A stretch of 64,000 nucleotides of DNA from Sphaerodactylus townsendi. Lineage: Eukaryota. Under the pieces are notes generated by a model that worked only from the letters and a program-made list of their open reading frames with translations, searched no databases and was not told where the DNA came from. Each line of letters starts with the position of its first letter. Position 1 is the stretch's first letter. The stretch lies in contig NC_059428.1 in the NCBI RefSeq assembly GCF_021028975.2, positions 149,234,001 to 149,298,000 on the forward strand. Reading direction: 5' to 3'. A program made the position numbers and the translations under genes. Below are positions 47,520 to 61,416 of the stretch, piece by piece.

Positions 47520-49441
47520 CAAGGGTCAACAGTGACTCAGCAGACAATCTAACTTGAAAGTGACATGTTCCAGCCACAAGAGTTAGCCTATGTTTCTGCC
47601 AGAGAGGATCTTCCCCACAGGCATTTGTGCATACAGCATTTGTACTTTCTATTAATTAATGAATTGTGATGCTGGCTTCAGGAGGTCTTGTCTTGATCCT
47701 GTATATACCAGCATAGCTTAATGCTGAGCCAGTAAAGTAACACAGACTCGCTAGCCCATTCCAAATCTCCAAACAGTCAAATGACAAGTCAGTGAACTGT
47801 GTTTGACCTAAGAATGCACTCCAATGACACCCTGAAAATGCTCATACGTGAGACTACTCTACATGAGTGTTCTGTCATGTGAATAAGAAACCACGGAAGA
47901 ATCACAGAGATTTGTAAACACATGATCGCAGCTGCTTTTATAGTAGAAAGACCAAAGAACCAACTCCATGTTCAGAAGGCTGAACCGAGTTCCAGAAGTT
48001 GTTTGAATGTTTACGGGACTGAAGGTGACTGGAGGGACATTGGCTGGTCTGTGGTTTCTTTATGAATCCAAAGAACTTCTTCTGGTTCTGCAGTGGGAAG
48101 GTGTCCAGGAGGTCAGGCCAGGCCTGGTGGTGAATTTCCTAAGAGGCTGATTAATATCCTGTTAAGCAGCTCACATGACCCTCCAGTAGAGGGAGAGAGA
48201 AGCTCTCCTTCGGTCTGTTCTCCAACCAAGATAACAGAAATGTATCAGCCAGAAATATATCAATGGCATCTTCTTTAATTTGGTTGAGCATTCTCTCAGA
48301 CAGCTGTCCTTCCTGCTCTTGTTTTAATTGCTGTCTTTGTGCTTCAGTAGGTGTAGCTTATTGTTTTAATGTTGCATTTTTGTTTGGCTGTAATTATTTG
48401 TGAGACGTGTTTTTTTAATTAGGTCTACTTTTAATTTGATAGCCATCTTGATGGCCCTGACAAGGGCAGGAAAGCAAAGTATGGATTCTGCAAATAAATA
48501 AATAAGGGTATTTTTCAGGGGCAGAGATTTTGGCTAGCTTTGGACTTCGATATTGTCTCTTAGAAGCACTTCTCACATCAGTAAAAATGGCTGCATCGGA
48601 GAAAAAAACCACCCCTCTTTAAATGATTTGAAAAGGAAACTCAATTCTCTCTCCCTCAAGTGATTGTGTTGGCAAAAATGGTTGTTGCTTTTATCAGGAA
48701 GCTTAAGATATTGCTGGGGCGTGAATGCATTTTATTGAGTAAAAAAAATACCCCCCCCCCCAATTTGGGTTTAGATAAAAGCCATGTTTTGTCTCCAGAG
48801 AGGAAAGCGCCAGATTGACGAGAGCCTTTGTCCTTCCCAAGAGTTGTCTTCAGCCGTCAGCCTGTTCTTCCCTCTTTACGCCGGCCAAGCGATAGGCCTC
48901 CCTATCTGGAAAAGCCGCCGCCGTGCAAAGATAGTGGAAGGCTCTGAAGGACAAAATAATTACACTTTGATTTGCAGCTTTCAAATGGGAAACAGCTTTG
49001 TTACTTTGAAAACAATGATTGGTTGCCTGCAAAGTGGAAACAGGTGGCTAAGCCGTTTGATTCCGTTTTGACACGCTTTGGAGCGCTGAGAGGGCGAATT
49101 CTTGCCGAGGCTTCCTTGGCACAGCTGCTTATTTGAAAAACTTGCTGATAAAATGTTTGAAAACGGGGCAGGCTTCAAACACCGCTCTCCTGCCAGTAAG
49201 AAAACTTCCTGGGACTTTCTTCCTTTCTCCTGCGATGCCTGCTTTTTGTGAAAAGAACTCAGTGAACGGCCAGACAGGGTTGTCATCAGCTCTGGGCTGG
49301 GAAATACCTGGAGAGCTGTGTGTGTGTGTGTGGGGGGGGGGCGGGGGGGCGGGGCATTTTCCACAAGTCTGACTGTAGTCTCTTCTCATAGCCGGGGAAG
49401 GTTTGGGTTGGGCTGGAACAGTTTCTGCTCCCACTCCAAAA

Positions 49442-49744
49442 TGTCAAAGATGGTTGGGGTTTAGCGCATACAGAAGTGGCAAACGTGCTGATTAATAGTG
49501 GAAAAGGTAAACATTTATTAGGGAGTCCATTTAGGATAGGAAAGATGAAGAGATAACAGGCTGCTTATCCTGCTAGCTAGGAAGAGTTTCTGCTCTAACT
49601 TCCGAGAAGAAGCAGGATATTCGGCCAGAGAAGATCAGTCTGAGGACAGATGAGAGGTGACACGAAAGGATCTCTCACCTTACAGCCCTCTCTGGCTGAC
49701 CACTTGACCACCCCCTGGTGGGTCATCTTCTCAGTCCCTTTACA
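49442..49744 (-). mobile_element. Solo LTR-like repeat
   Basis: TGT...TACA ends, ~300 bp, AATAAA on the minus strand, paralogue at 35.2 kb; no TSD seen. Confidence 0.55.
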
Positions 49745-52679
49745 CATTAGACATGGCTACATCCAACAAAGATAAATATACACAGAACGAAAACGGCTGG
49801 CAACAACTTTTCTGCCCAAAGCAACTGAAATTTGGCAACACTTCTGAACAGGACAGCTACAGTTTTGCTTTTTGAAACACTGCTTTGAGGATCCCTTTAA
49901 AAAAATACTTCTTTGCTCTTATCTTGCTGTAATATTAAATATCAAGGTGCTAACCTGAAATTAAATTTTCTAATTTCAAAGCGGTGTGTTTTACTAGTGT
50001 CAAGAACAAAATGTTACCAGACATTCAAACTTTCTACAAACTCCCCTCTCTCTACCTCAGACTTGAAATGCTTTAGCCCAGCTGCAGAATATAGCAGTGT
50101 GGATAGGGTGGGGTTGACAGGATGGAACCCCACCCCCCCCGGGCAAAAGATATCTGTGTCTGCGGAGGCTCTTTCAGCCTCCCTTGGCTGCTGTTAAAAC
50201 ACAAATAACTTTATTAGAGTGCCTACTCTCGACTGAGCCAGGGCAAATCCCGGCAAGGCCTGAGAAATTATATTTGGCACCATCTGCTCAGCCCCATGGA
50301 AGTTTTGGCTGGAGCATCGCCCCATTTCCTTCCTGGCCCAAAGTCACAGGGCAAGAGGAGGCTGGTTTGGCCCAGGTGCCAAAGGCCACAGGTGGAGCAA
50401 TCCACGTTTAATGGTAGCAGAGAGTTACAAAATGAGACATGGGGAAGGGTGCTGTTTAGAACAGCGTAAGACTTTGGTTTGGCTAAATCCACAAAGTCAC
50501 TTGAGAGGTGCTTTGCATAGGGAGGAGGGCACATGAGCCATTATTTTGCATTTCAAATGGTGGTGCAAAGGAATGGCGCACCTGTCACGGGCTCTGGAGA
50601 TCCACTACAATTTTCAGCCACTTCCTCTCTGCAGGCAGGATGTGATCCCCTTGGCTGCTGGACGCTGCGTGCTCTGACAACCCTGATTTCAATACCAGGC
50701 TCCCCAGCCAGTCGTCCAGAGCTCCTTCTTTGGCAGAACTCACCCAAGGAGGACGGGCCTGTGAGTTGAATTCCACACGAATGGTTTCCCAAAGCGCAAA
50801 GGGGGTTGAGTCTGGCTTCTCTGGTTATGCGCCGTCTAGGGCAGGGCTGTCAAAGTGCTCAGGGGGCACTTTGTGCTCAGGGGGCTCAGGGTGCCCCTCC
50901 CAGGGGCACTCAGAGATGCCACAGTGCACAATGCAAGTCCTACCTTGGTGGCCACGAAATAGAGAAGTGTAGCCAGACCCCAGTGGCCTGCTGCCTGCCC
51001 TGCTTCAGTCAGAAGCTGCCATTCTTTGGCTTCACTTCCCAAAGGGCAGCGGCTTCCTGGCCCACAGGAGCAGTTCGGTCATCTGCATGCAGACACAGCC
51101 AGTTGGGTGCCCTGGGGAGGCCTCTTCAGCTACCCAGAAATCAGCTGCTGGACAGCACAGGCTCCCTGTCGGCCGGGATTGTGTGTGTGCCAAGTCACGG
51201 CTGACTTCCGATGATGCCAGCAATGAGTTTTCAAGGCAAAGGTTAGGGGTTTGCCCTGGCCTTCCTCTCCAGAGTCTTCCTTCCAAGCACCGGCCCAGCT
51301 TTGCTTCCTGGATCTGCTGAAATTGGCCTATGCTGGACCATTCCACATCCATGGTGCTTCATTTCCCTTTGAGAGAAAGCCCTGAGGGGCTGTGGAGAGA
51401 GAGAAGCTTGCAGGTCGGGCCCACGTTCTTCAGGCTTGGTTTTGCCTCTTAAGGAGGGGGGGGGGGGTGTCAGCATGTGACTGTGAGTGGGCAACTCCCT
51501 CCAAACAAGAGCCACCATGAAGGCATTAATCAGACACCCAGACAGAGAGGGCGGGCTGCAACTTACAGCCAATTTGTATTTTTCCAAGTCATGTCTGAAA
51601 CTTTGCTGAAATTACAGGATGAAGAAGTACCATTCTACAAATTAAAGCCTGATCTAAGTGCTTTGTTTCCTCGAGGGGCTTGGCATCGCAGGCGGCAGCC
51701 CCAGCAGAAAACAAACATCTTTGATGAAAGGAAGCTCATGCTGCAAGAAGCGCTCCTTCGGGGAGCTGCAGGCAGCTGTGAGGGATGAACCCACTCCCAG
51801 GCCTAAGCTCTGGGGGTGGGGGTGGGGGGGGACACCTGACCCCCCCCTCCCGGCTGCACAAGAAGAGTCTCTTTGACTCTTTGGCCTTGCTTGGAGCCAA
51901 CAGATGTGGCCCAAAGAGGACAGGCCTGTGAGTTGAATTCCACACGAATGGTTTCCCGAAGCGCAAAGCGGGTTGAGACAGGCTCAGACTGAAGCAGGCC
52001 CAGCTCCCCAGGCCCATGGGCGGCTTGGCTGGTTCCAAAATGGGGGACCTGGCCAACAGCACATTTGGGGGCAGGAAGAGATCCAAATCCCTTCCAGACT
52101 GGGAGGCCCCCCATTCGATGGACACTCCTCTTGGCCCTGTCATCTGTCCACTATTTATTGGCATGTGCGTACATCTCACTTCCTGAATCCCACTATTGGG
52201 GGGGGGGGGCACACGAAGCATCAGACCAGGACTAAGCAAGTTGCTCCACAAGCTTTCCCCCCTCCCATTTCTGGTGACAGACCTGTGAGTTACAATGTCA
52301 TGATTTCAAGTGGGCCATAATTTTATCACCCTGTAAGAGCCTGCAATGCCTTCCCTTGGATCTGCAAGACTAGTTTAATTGCCTGGAGTCAGAGTTCAGC
52401 TGCTCTGTTGCAAGAGGAGGCTCTGGCAGTTCTGTGTCACCAGGTATAAAAGAGGAGGCAGACTGTGGTGACCAATTAGCCAGGAGAAGAGGGGAATGCC
52501 GCTAAATTTTAGGAGCGGAACCTCAGACCAGGCAAACGGGCTAGGCAGGGAGGATCTTGTCTCCTCTGGGCTCCAAAATCAATTTAGGGGCACCAGGTGG
52601 CTGAGAAGAAATCCATTTGGGTTTCTCATTCAACAAAAGACCCCTGGATCTTCTGACAGTGTCTGGTTCCCCAGGATCA

Positions 52680-53285
52680 GCAGTGTGATGCAGCGGCCAA
52701 GAAGGCCAATGCGATTCTGGCCTATATCAATAGGAGTATAGTGTCTCTACTGAGGGATGTAATTGTACCTCTCCATTCTGCATTGGTTAGACCTCCCCTG
52801 AAATTCTGAGTCCAGTTCTGGGCACCACAATTCAAGAAGGATATTGACAAGTTGGAACAGGTCCAGAGGAGGGCAATCAAACTGGTCAAAGGTCCATGCC
52901 CTAGGAGGAGAGACTTAGGGAGCTGGGTAAGTTTAGTTTGGTGAAGAGGAGGTGAAGAGGTGACATGATAGCCAGGTTTAGATATTTGAAGGGATGTCCT
53001 GTTGTTGAGGGAGCAAGCTTGTTTTCCGCTGCTCCAGAGGCTAGGACCAGGAGTCATGGGTTCAAGGGGAAGGAAAGAGATTCCACCTAAACATTAGGAA
53101 GAACTTCCTGACCGTCAGGGCTGTTGGACAGTGGAATGCATGACATGGGAGTGTGGTGGAGTCTCCTCCTTTGGAGATTTTTAAGCAGAGACTGGATGGC
53201 CACCTGTCAGGGTGCTTTGATTGTGTGTTCCTGCACGGCAGGAGGTTGGACTGGATGGCCCTTGGGGGTCTCTTTTAACTCTAAG
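52680..53285 (+). mobile_element. CR1 LINE 3' fragment
   Basis: Homologous to the other CR1 copies (GTCCAGAGGAGGGCAA.., AGAGGTGACATGATAGCC). Confidence 0.88.
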
Positions 53286-53874
53286 AAAGAGGCCGCTGAC
53301 AAAACAGGATGTGCCAGAGTCTTCTGGGGGAGGGGGTCACTGCAGGGTACCTCTGCTGCAGTAAAAATAAACAGGAGCCTGGCAGCACCTATATTTTCTT
53401 CCCACTTGAACATATGTGGTGGACTAGAGCCCACTTCGTAAGACATAACTGCGTGGATGCCAATAGCATCAAGGCAAGTTTCTTCACAACAGCAAGGACT
53501 GGTGAGAGCCCAGATCCCCTTGTTTGGCTCAGCCAGTCAGACCCGTAATGGCTAAGACCCCCTCCCAGGTCCTGGGGAGGCCCCGCCCAAACTCTTGATG
53601 AGTTTGAATCTAGCAGCTCCACACCAGAGTCTCCCTCCGACACTCTTTTGTCAGAAACTCTGAGAAGGGGCTCAGAGCACCCGGGAGAAGGGCACCACCA
53701 CACGTCCCATCCCAGGGACCGAAAGAGCGGAGAAAGGGAGGAGAGCCATTTCCACAGACATCACACCTGTCAGTCAGGGGAAAGGAACCTTCACAAGCTC
53801 CCCTTTCTGGTGTGGAACTGCTAGATTCACATTCATCAAGAGTCTGGGCCGGGCCTCTCTGTGCATGTCTGAGA

Positions 53875-54171
53875 GCAGCAGTGGCGTCATGGTTAAGAGC
53901 AGGCGCACTCCAATCTGGATAACTTGGTTTGATTCCCCGCTCTACCACTTGAGCTCTGGAGGCTTATCTGGGGAACCAGATTACCCTGTGCACTCCAACA
54001 TATGCCAGCTGGGTGACCTTGGGCTAGTCACAGTTCTTCAGAGCTCTCTCAGCCCCACCCACCTCACAGGGTGTTTGTTGTGGGGCAAGGGGAAGGGAAA
54101 GGAGATTGTAAGCCCCTTTGAGCCTCCTTGCAGGAAAGGGGGGGATATAAATCTAAACTCTTCTTCTTCTC
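53875..54171 (+). mobile_element. Squam3-type SINE
   Basis: Same head, core and (CTT)n tail. Confidence 0.85.
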
Positions 54172-55394
54172 CTCTGCTCCCGTGGCCCAGGAGGGGCTGT
54201 CTCTGCCTGGCAAAGGAAGAGGGTTTTTTTTGGGGGGGGGGGGCTCTGTTTTCCGGCAGGTGCGAGCCACACATCCCCTCAGCTTCCTCCCGGCTCAGCC
54301 TCCTTCCTTCCCACCAGGGAGGCAGCCGAGTGGAACAGATGAGGCCCATTCGCAGCCTCTGGGGCCGGGCCGAGTCAGCCGAGGAGAAGCCATCGCAGTT
54401 TTACTGGTCAATTGTTTTGTATAGATTTTAAATAAAAATAAATTGGCTCCCGTTCAGAAAGCAAAGCCTTTGTAAGCAGAAATGAGCCTGGCTGGGTTGT
54501 GCGGCTCCCTCTGCCCCTCCTCTGCCACAGCAGCAGAACAGGAGCCCTCGGCTTCCAACGCACATCCAGAGTAGCCCTAACCCTGCCCCTATTGGATACG
54601 GGGATGGACAAGGAGCAAAGGACGCTCCCCACACGGGGCTTCTTCTCAGCCCTGGAACTCTGAACCTACCCAGCTACACATGCTTGGCTAGTGCCACACG
54701 GAACTGACCAATTTTTACAAGTGGCCCCGACCAAATAAAGTGTCATGGGGCTGCCCAGACCTTCCTCCTGAAACAGAAAAGCACCAGGCCTGTTTCCTCG
54801 CAGGTCCGTGAAGCAAAGGGATGTGTGGTGGGGGTGGGGGTCCGTGGGTTCATGCCTCTGTGGCCGCCTGGCTTCTACCACATGCCAAGAAGATTGCTGT
54901 GAGTTTCTCTCGTGGACTTAGAACCCTGGAAATGGTTGCATCTGGCACTGGGGGTGGTTCCAGCCTCCCGCCATGCAAGGGGAACATATTTTGACTGGGC
55001 AGGAAAGATGCGTGGGAAACGGGGCCTCTCTGCTCTAGCTTGAACAGATTTGTTTGATGTGCGGTGGGCACCTGCATGCCAAGGCGAGCTCTGCCAGTCA
55101 GCCAAGGCCCCAGCCTGCAAATTGCCCGTGACCGGGCTCCCAAGCCCTTCAAGGGACACCTGCGAAGCTCAAGGAGAGATGGTCCACACCAGAAGACGCT
55201 GAGAAGCTGCCTCCTTCTGTTCATCCCTCGATCCAGAAACTGCCACATCTTTTGGCCCTTCAGTTGGGCCTGGCAAGCCCAAAGTGAGCTTGCTGAGTGA
55301 GAAGACGGACCTCTTATTTCTGCCCAGGGTCAGAGATTTAAGGGAGCTGCAGGGGCAAACCAGAAAAAATCTCCCCTTTGGGCTACTCAGGTAG

Positions 55395-55566
55395 NNNNNN
55401 NNNNNNNNNNNNNNNNNNNNNNNNNNNNNNNNNNNNNNNNNNNNNNNNNNNNNNNNNNNNNNNNNNNNNNNNNNNNNNNNNNNNNNNNNNNNNNNNNNNN
55501 NNNNNNNNNNNNNNNNNNNNNNNNNNNNNNNNNNNNNNNNNNNNNNNNNNNNNNNNNNNNNNNNNN
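55395..55566. other. Assembly gap (172 N)
   Basis: Seen directly. Confidence 1.
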
Positions 55567-57440
55567 CTGTGTGAAGGCAGGGGCACAAAGTTGCCTGGCC
55601 AGATGAGGGCTCCAGGTGTCTTCCTAATTATACAGCGTGTTTTATTGCCGGTCGATCCCTTAACCTTGCTGACGTATTACCCCCAGGGCAAGGGAGCAGC
55701 ATTAATAATGGAACTTGTGATAGTCCCCCAACACGAATGAAGCGATTGTAGGGGGGGCGGAGGTGGCTGCGTAAATTATCCGGCCGAGATGACAGACTCT
55801 GCCGGCTGGCCATGGTGGAGGCTCTACACACACACAGGCCAAACTGTGACAGCTTTAATGGGAAAAGTAATAAAAGCCACAATGAAGCCGTTTAGAATAG
55901 GGAGACTGATTTGTGCAGCTGCTTTATTTTCACTGCTAAATAGAAGGTAAGTGGCAGATGAGGAGCAAGATCTGCAACTCCTGTTAAGACCTTCTAGGTT
56001 TCAGCAGCAGCAGCAGCTGAGGAGGGGGGGGGGTCTCCACGGGCAAGCAGGAGCAGAGAGGGGCTGGGGGGGGGGGGCAGGATGGTCTGGCCAGCTGCTC
56101 CTGCCACCCCATAGCACAGCAATCAGAACCACCATCTCTGTACTGAAGGGCCGGCTGCCTTCACCACCCTCGTGGGTTGTAGCTTCCCTGATCTAGGTTT
56201 TGAAATCCGAGCCAGACAACTTGGCCTAAATATTTTCCCGCAGCACCGAAGGCGCTTGCGGAGATGAAGGCTTCCCTCCCGCCTGCCACTCCGCGGCCAG
56301 AAGACTCCGACTGACTGACTCCTTTCTCACTTAAATTGTACTCTCGCTGGTGGAGTCTTCAAGCCGCCTGCTCAAAAGATGTGGGGCCTGTTTCAGCCTT
56401 CATGACATGCCCAGTCTCCAATCGGGCTTTGGAGTCTCCCGAGTAATTTTGAATCAAGGCGGGGGAGGTCATCCAGCTATCCATCCCGTTATTTGCCCAG
56501 CACTATTCATTGCCTCTCCAGTTTATCTTCACACCAACCCTGTGAGGTAGATCAGACCGAGGCATAAGTGCTATTCCAAAATGAACAGGGCTTTGAGTCT
56601 GTGGTCCTCCTTCACTGTGCTACCCACACTGGCAACCCCCCCCCCCATCAGGCCTGGGACTCTGCCCAAGGTAGGAGCCGCTGACCCATGCCTCTGCTCC
56701 TGACCCACCTTCTTTTGGTCGGGGGGGGGGGGTCTGTGGAAATGGCCTGGAGGGTGGCCAGCTGAGTGACTGATCCCATGGAGCAGCCCCCCCGGGAAGC
56801 AGGTTCTCTGCAGAGGCCGGCAGCCCCCCTGCCAGACGTGCGTATTCATCAGGCCTTGGAAGTGCATCGATCAAGAGGAATCCAGGCAAGCATTAAATCA
56901 CACCTGAAAGGCAGCATTTGTCTGGCAGCTGAAAACAAGGCCTCCGGTGACTTCATTAATGAAACGGGCTGGCCTTAAATAGGTGGGAGGGGAGCTGCCA
57001 GTTAGGTGCCCCCCGACTGCCTCCAGCCGCCAGGCCTGCCTCTCAAGCACTCTTGGAAGGGCCAACTTCCGCCTCACTCACTGACTGACGACCCAGCAAA
57101 TGGGAACCCGGCTCTTTGCGCTGCCTTTTGTGTCTGTTCTCAGCAACCTGTGTGTGTGTGTTCAAACACTGCTGTCGTTTTTTTCTACACAAGGTGCCTG
57201 TATGACCCCAGGGGCCAAAAATCCAGCTGGAGCTGCCTCTGGTGTTGCATCAGGCCCTGGGGCTTTGGCTGGCAGGCGTGGGCTCAGCTGCAGGCAAGGA
57301 GCTGGCTTAGATCAGAGGGCTGCCGGCAGAGGCCTTTGAAAGAGTCCTGGCTTGGCAGGGGATGTAGATGGCTCCGGGTACCAGGGACTCATTGGGCCAT
57401 GTGCTGCAGGTAATCGCTGGGGGAGCTGTGGGCTGGCTGG

Positions 57441-58700
57441 CAGTGGCGTAACTAGGCAAACTGGAGCCCTGGGCAAAACCTGAGTTTGATGCCCCCCCCC
57501 CCCGCGCGTGCCCAATGCAACGCGCACCTCCCCCTTGTAGCTACGCCCAGTGGCGTATCTAGGCAAACTGGAGTTTGGCGCCCCCCCCTGGGCAGCCACC
57601 CTCCCCCACTGTGACCAAGCAATGATTTTTTACACCAGGTTGTTTCAAAGTCACCATCACATTATAGAACATGCCCCAACTCACAAATCTGAACACAGCA
57701 ATAAGCCATGCCACACAGCAGAAATAATTTTTTGAAAACATTTTCAAAATGTTTTATTACTGCTATGAAAACATTTTATGGTGTTGTATCCAGTACCCCC
57801 AATTGGGGGAAACAGCATCACTTTCAATGTTTCAAAGGAGAATCTGGGCTCCCTAGTTTAAACAAGTGATGCTGGAATCCACCCCCAAACAGCATCATTT
57901 TCAGTGGTGTTTAAACTAGGGAGCCCAGATTCTCCTTTTAAATCCACCTTAAAGGAAGAATCTGGGGTTCCCAGTTTAAACAACATTGGAAGTGATGCTA
58001 TTTTGGGGTTGATTCTCCCCCACCCTGAAACAGCATCACTTTCAATGTTTAAACTGGGGACCTCAGATTCTCCTTTTAAATCCATGTCAAAGGCGGGGGG
58101 ATTTAAAAGGAAAATCTGGGGAAATTTGGGAGGTGCCTGCTGGCAGGGGTGAAATTGTTAAGCTAGCAGCACCAAACTTTCAGGGTATCTTTAGAAGACT
58201 TCCCTAATGATACCCCCCAGGTTTGGTGAAGTTTGGTTCAGGGGGTCCAAAGTTATGGACCCTCAAAGGTGTAGCCCCCATCTTCTGTTAGCTCCCATTG
58301 GAAACAATGGATGATGGGGCACCCCCTTTGAGAGTCCATAGCTTTGGACCCCCTGGACCAAACTTCACAAAACCTGGGTGGTATCAGTAAAAGATTATCC
58401 TGATGATACCTCCCAGGTTTGGTGAAGTTTGGTTCAGGGGGTCCAAAGTTATCGACCCTCAAAGGTGTAGCCTCATCTCCTATTAGCTCCCATTGGAAAC
58501 AATGGGGGATGGGGCACTCCCTTTGGGAGTCCATAACTTTGGACTCCCTGAACCAAACCTCACCAAACCTAGGTGATAGCATCAGGAGAGTCTCTCAAAA
58601 CATCCCTGAAATTTTGGTGCTGCTAGCCTACAAACTGCACCCTCTGCAGGCCAAAAATGGAAAAACACTGAAAATACAAAAAATCCCACAAACAAACCTG
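57441..58700. mobile_element. hAT-like non-autonomous element(s) with internal hairpin repeats
   Basis: Two CAGTGGCGTA.CTAGGCAAACTGGAG starts (57441, 57548), partial opposite TIR TAGCTACGCC, tandem palindromic ~195-bp units at 58208-58590. Confidence 0.6.
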
Positions 58701-61221
58701 CTCTCCCCACAACTGCCCACTTTGCCCAATGGGAGGAACGCCTCTGCTGGCTGGGTCACCGAGTGGGCTAGAGATAGTGGCCAGGAGCTGGAGGCTTCCT
58801 GGTGGCGTTTGGGCTCAAGCAGTCAGTGGGGTTTGTGTAGCTGCTGGGTGCTGCCCGTGCTCAGCGGAAGGTGGGGCCCTCACCATCCTGAGGAAACCTC
58901 ACCTGCCGGGATGCAGATAATAAAAACATTCTCTGTTTGCCTCAGCCAGAGGACAGGTGCCGAGGGAAACAGGGGGAAACGTGTCAGACGCGATTACAAG
59001 AGTTCTGTGCGCTGTGTCTGGATTTGCCGCTCTCTCGCTGCCCTCTCCTTCGGCGCGATCGCCTGTCATTTGTAACCGGCACAAATGCAGGAGGTGTCTC
59101 TTCTTCCCGGGAGGCCCTGGACACGTCTGGGGAGGCCAGGGGATGTGAGTTTGCCACAGGTTGCGCACAGGCATAGCCGCACGACCAGGCGTAGCCGCAT
59201 GACCTGTTTTATACTGTGCCTAAGGAAGCCAGGTTCTCTTCAGCTGCTGACCCCTCCAATTTCCTGCAGGGCTTCCTCCATTTCCTGGGTTTATAGTCTG
59301 CCAAATGCACCTCAGTTCTCCTTTGCTGCGGAAGCCTCCATTTGGTTGGCAGGTCTGCCTGGGAGCACAGGGGCTGGTTCTGCAGTTTGTATTTCCTCTC
59401 AAGGAGCCAGCTCTGACTCCTCAGGCTCTGCATCAGAGTCCTCCGTGTCCGGCAACTGGCTCATTGGCAGTGTCTTCCTGGCTGGTAGGGGAGCAGCTCA
59501 GGGCAGATCTGTGTGTGATGCTGAGAGTCACTGATTGGGGAATGAAGCAGAGGAGACGAAACTTTTTCCTTCCTCTGAGGTATCCTAGGGTAGCATATTG
59601 AAGACTTTATTTGAGTGGCTGTTGACTCAGAGGTTCACCATTGTGTGGTGAGTTTTATTGTTCTTTAAAGACACTGAGACTTTTTCAGGCAGGATTGTAC
59701 TAAAACAGCTGTCTCAATATACGTTCATCATGGAACAGGTTGAAATGCTTAAAGAAACGCAGGCCCAGGTTACAAAGCCAGGTAACGGTAAAGCCTTGTC
59801 TGAGTTTTCTTTTTAAATGAGTTTCAGGGTGAGAGAATGTATTTTTATACCCTTTAACTCAACTGCTCGCCAAGAACTTAAGTGCCATTGCACCACGGAA
59901 GGGTGTTTTTCTGGGCCAAAGTCACTCAATGGAGTTCACTTCAAGACAACTGGTGCCTGTCAAATTCTTAGGCTCCTGTCAAACAGTTTATAACCATCTC
60001 CTTCTTTATGAAAAATACAGTTAAACCGCAGTAGACCCCACTTTTTGCAGGGATTCTTCTATTCAACAGCCTGAGTAACCTGCACTAGCTTGAACTCCTC
60101 AGACTTGTTGGCGCCAGCTGAAGGGCTTGTCACCAGTGCCAGTTAGTCTGGGGTATCAAGGGGCACAGGCTTGCCGCAAAGAACCACGAGCACACACCAG
60201 GTCTCCTCCCAAACAGGAAGGCTTTTTTCTTCACAAGCAGGAACAAAGACAATAGTGCTGCACAAGTTTCTCCCTTCTCCAGAACAGTATTTACATGATC
60301 AGTAACTTACACAAACTAGCCCGCAAACTCTCTGGCATTGTGCTACTGTCCAGTTTTCTGGACAGTGACGTCGGCTGATCTCTTGTGCTTTTTGCTGACA
60401 TGCACATTCGTAGGTCAGTATATGTCAAACTGTGCAGCTAGCATTTCCCAACACTACTTCACATATTCTGTCATAATGTCATGTCATTCCAGTGCTACAC
60501 ATAGACATATATTTCCATTTGCAGTTTCACATTGCAATCTTATTTACAGTGTTTCCCAGGTTTGCGGTGTACAGTATCTGCTACATTCGTTTACTTACAC
60601 CGTTTGTGTTTGTAGCTGCACAACTGCCAAACCTAATCCAAATAGTAAATCATTGTGCTTCTGTATGGGCAATGGTTTAGTCAGGATATCTTACATGTGA
60701 TTCAGATGCCACATATTCAAGTTTAATCAGTCCTGACTGTACCGATTGTCTAAGATTTTGGTATTTCACAGCCACATACTTGGTTCTATTTTTGAGGTTT
60801 TCATTCTCTGACATGGCTATGTTATGAGGTCAGGCCTAAACCATCCAGATTACACCAAGCTCTTCCAGATTGCACTGAAATAAATAAATAAAAAGTGTAG
60901 GAAAACACAGACGGGCGCTCCCAAAAACCACTCGCTGCCCAAGTCAGCCGGCCCAGGGATGGGACCGGCCAGAGTGACGTTCCTTACCAGTGACTCCGCA
61001 GAAAATTAAGCAGCAAGATGACGGCTCCCAGGGAGTAGCAGGCGGTGTAGGGGGAACGGAAGAGGCGAGTCAGAGACCGGGTCCTGTGCTCCCATCTTGC
61101 TACCTGATTGAAGAAAGGAAAATCAAACTGGTCTCAGAACTAAGGCACAGACAACCTACCAAACTGCCCACACAGTCAACGTCCCAGTTCAGGCACAAGA
61201 AGAAAAATTTAAAAATCCATT

Positions 61222-61416
61222 CCTTCTGCCCAGAATAATGCATTTTCAATCCACTTTCAATAATGTACTTTCAATCCACTTTCAATCCACTTTCAATCCA
61301 CTTTCAATCACAATTGTTTGCAAGTGGACTGTGCTATTCCGCACGGTCAAATCCAGCTGCAAAGTGCACTGAAAGTGGATTGAAAATGCCTTATTTCCTA
61401 CGAGCGGAAGGGGCCT
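61222..61416. mobile_element. MITE-like fold-back element (PIF/Harbinger-like)
   Basis: Inverted arms GCATTTTCAATCCACTTTCA / TGAAAGTGGATTGAAAATGC; internal (ATCCACTTTCA)n. Confidence 0.6.

Noticed and set aside
59200-59780. Acidic pseudo-ORF or possible solo LTR
   Set aside because: Interrupted by stops, no splice-consistent exon and no matching TSD; probably an old repeat but unassignable by eye.
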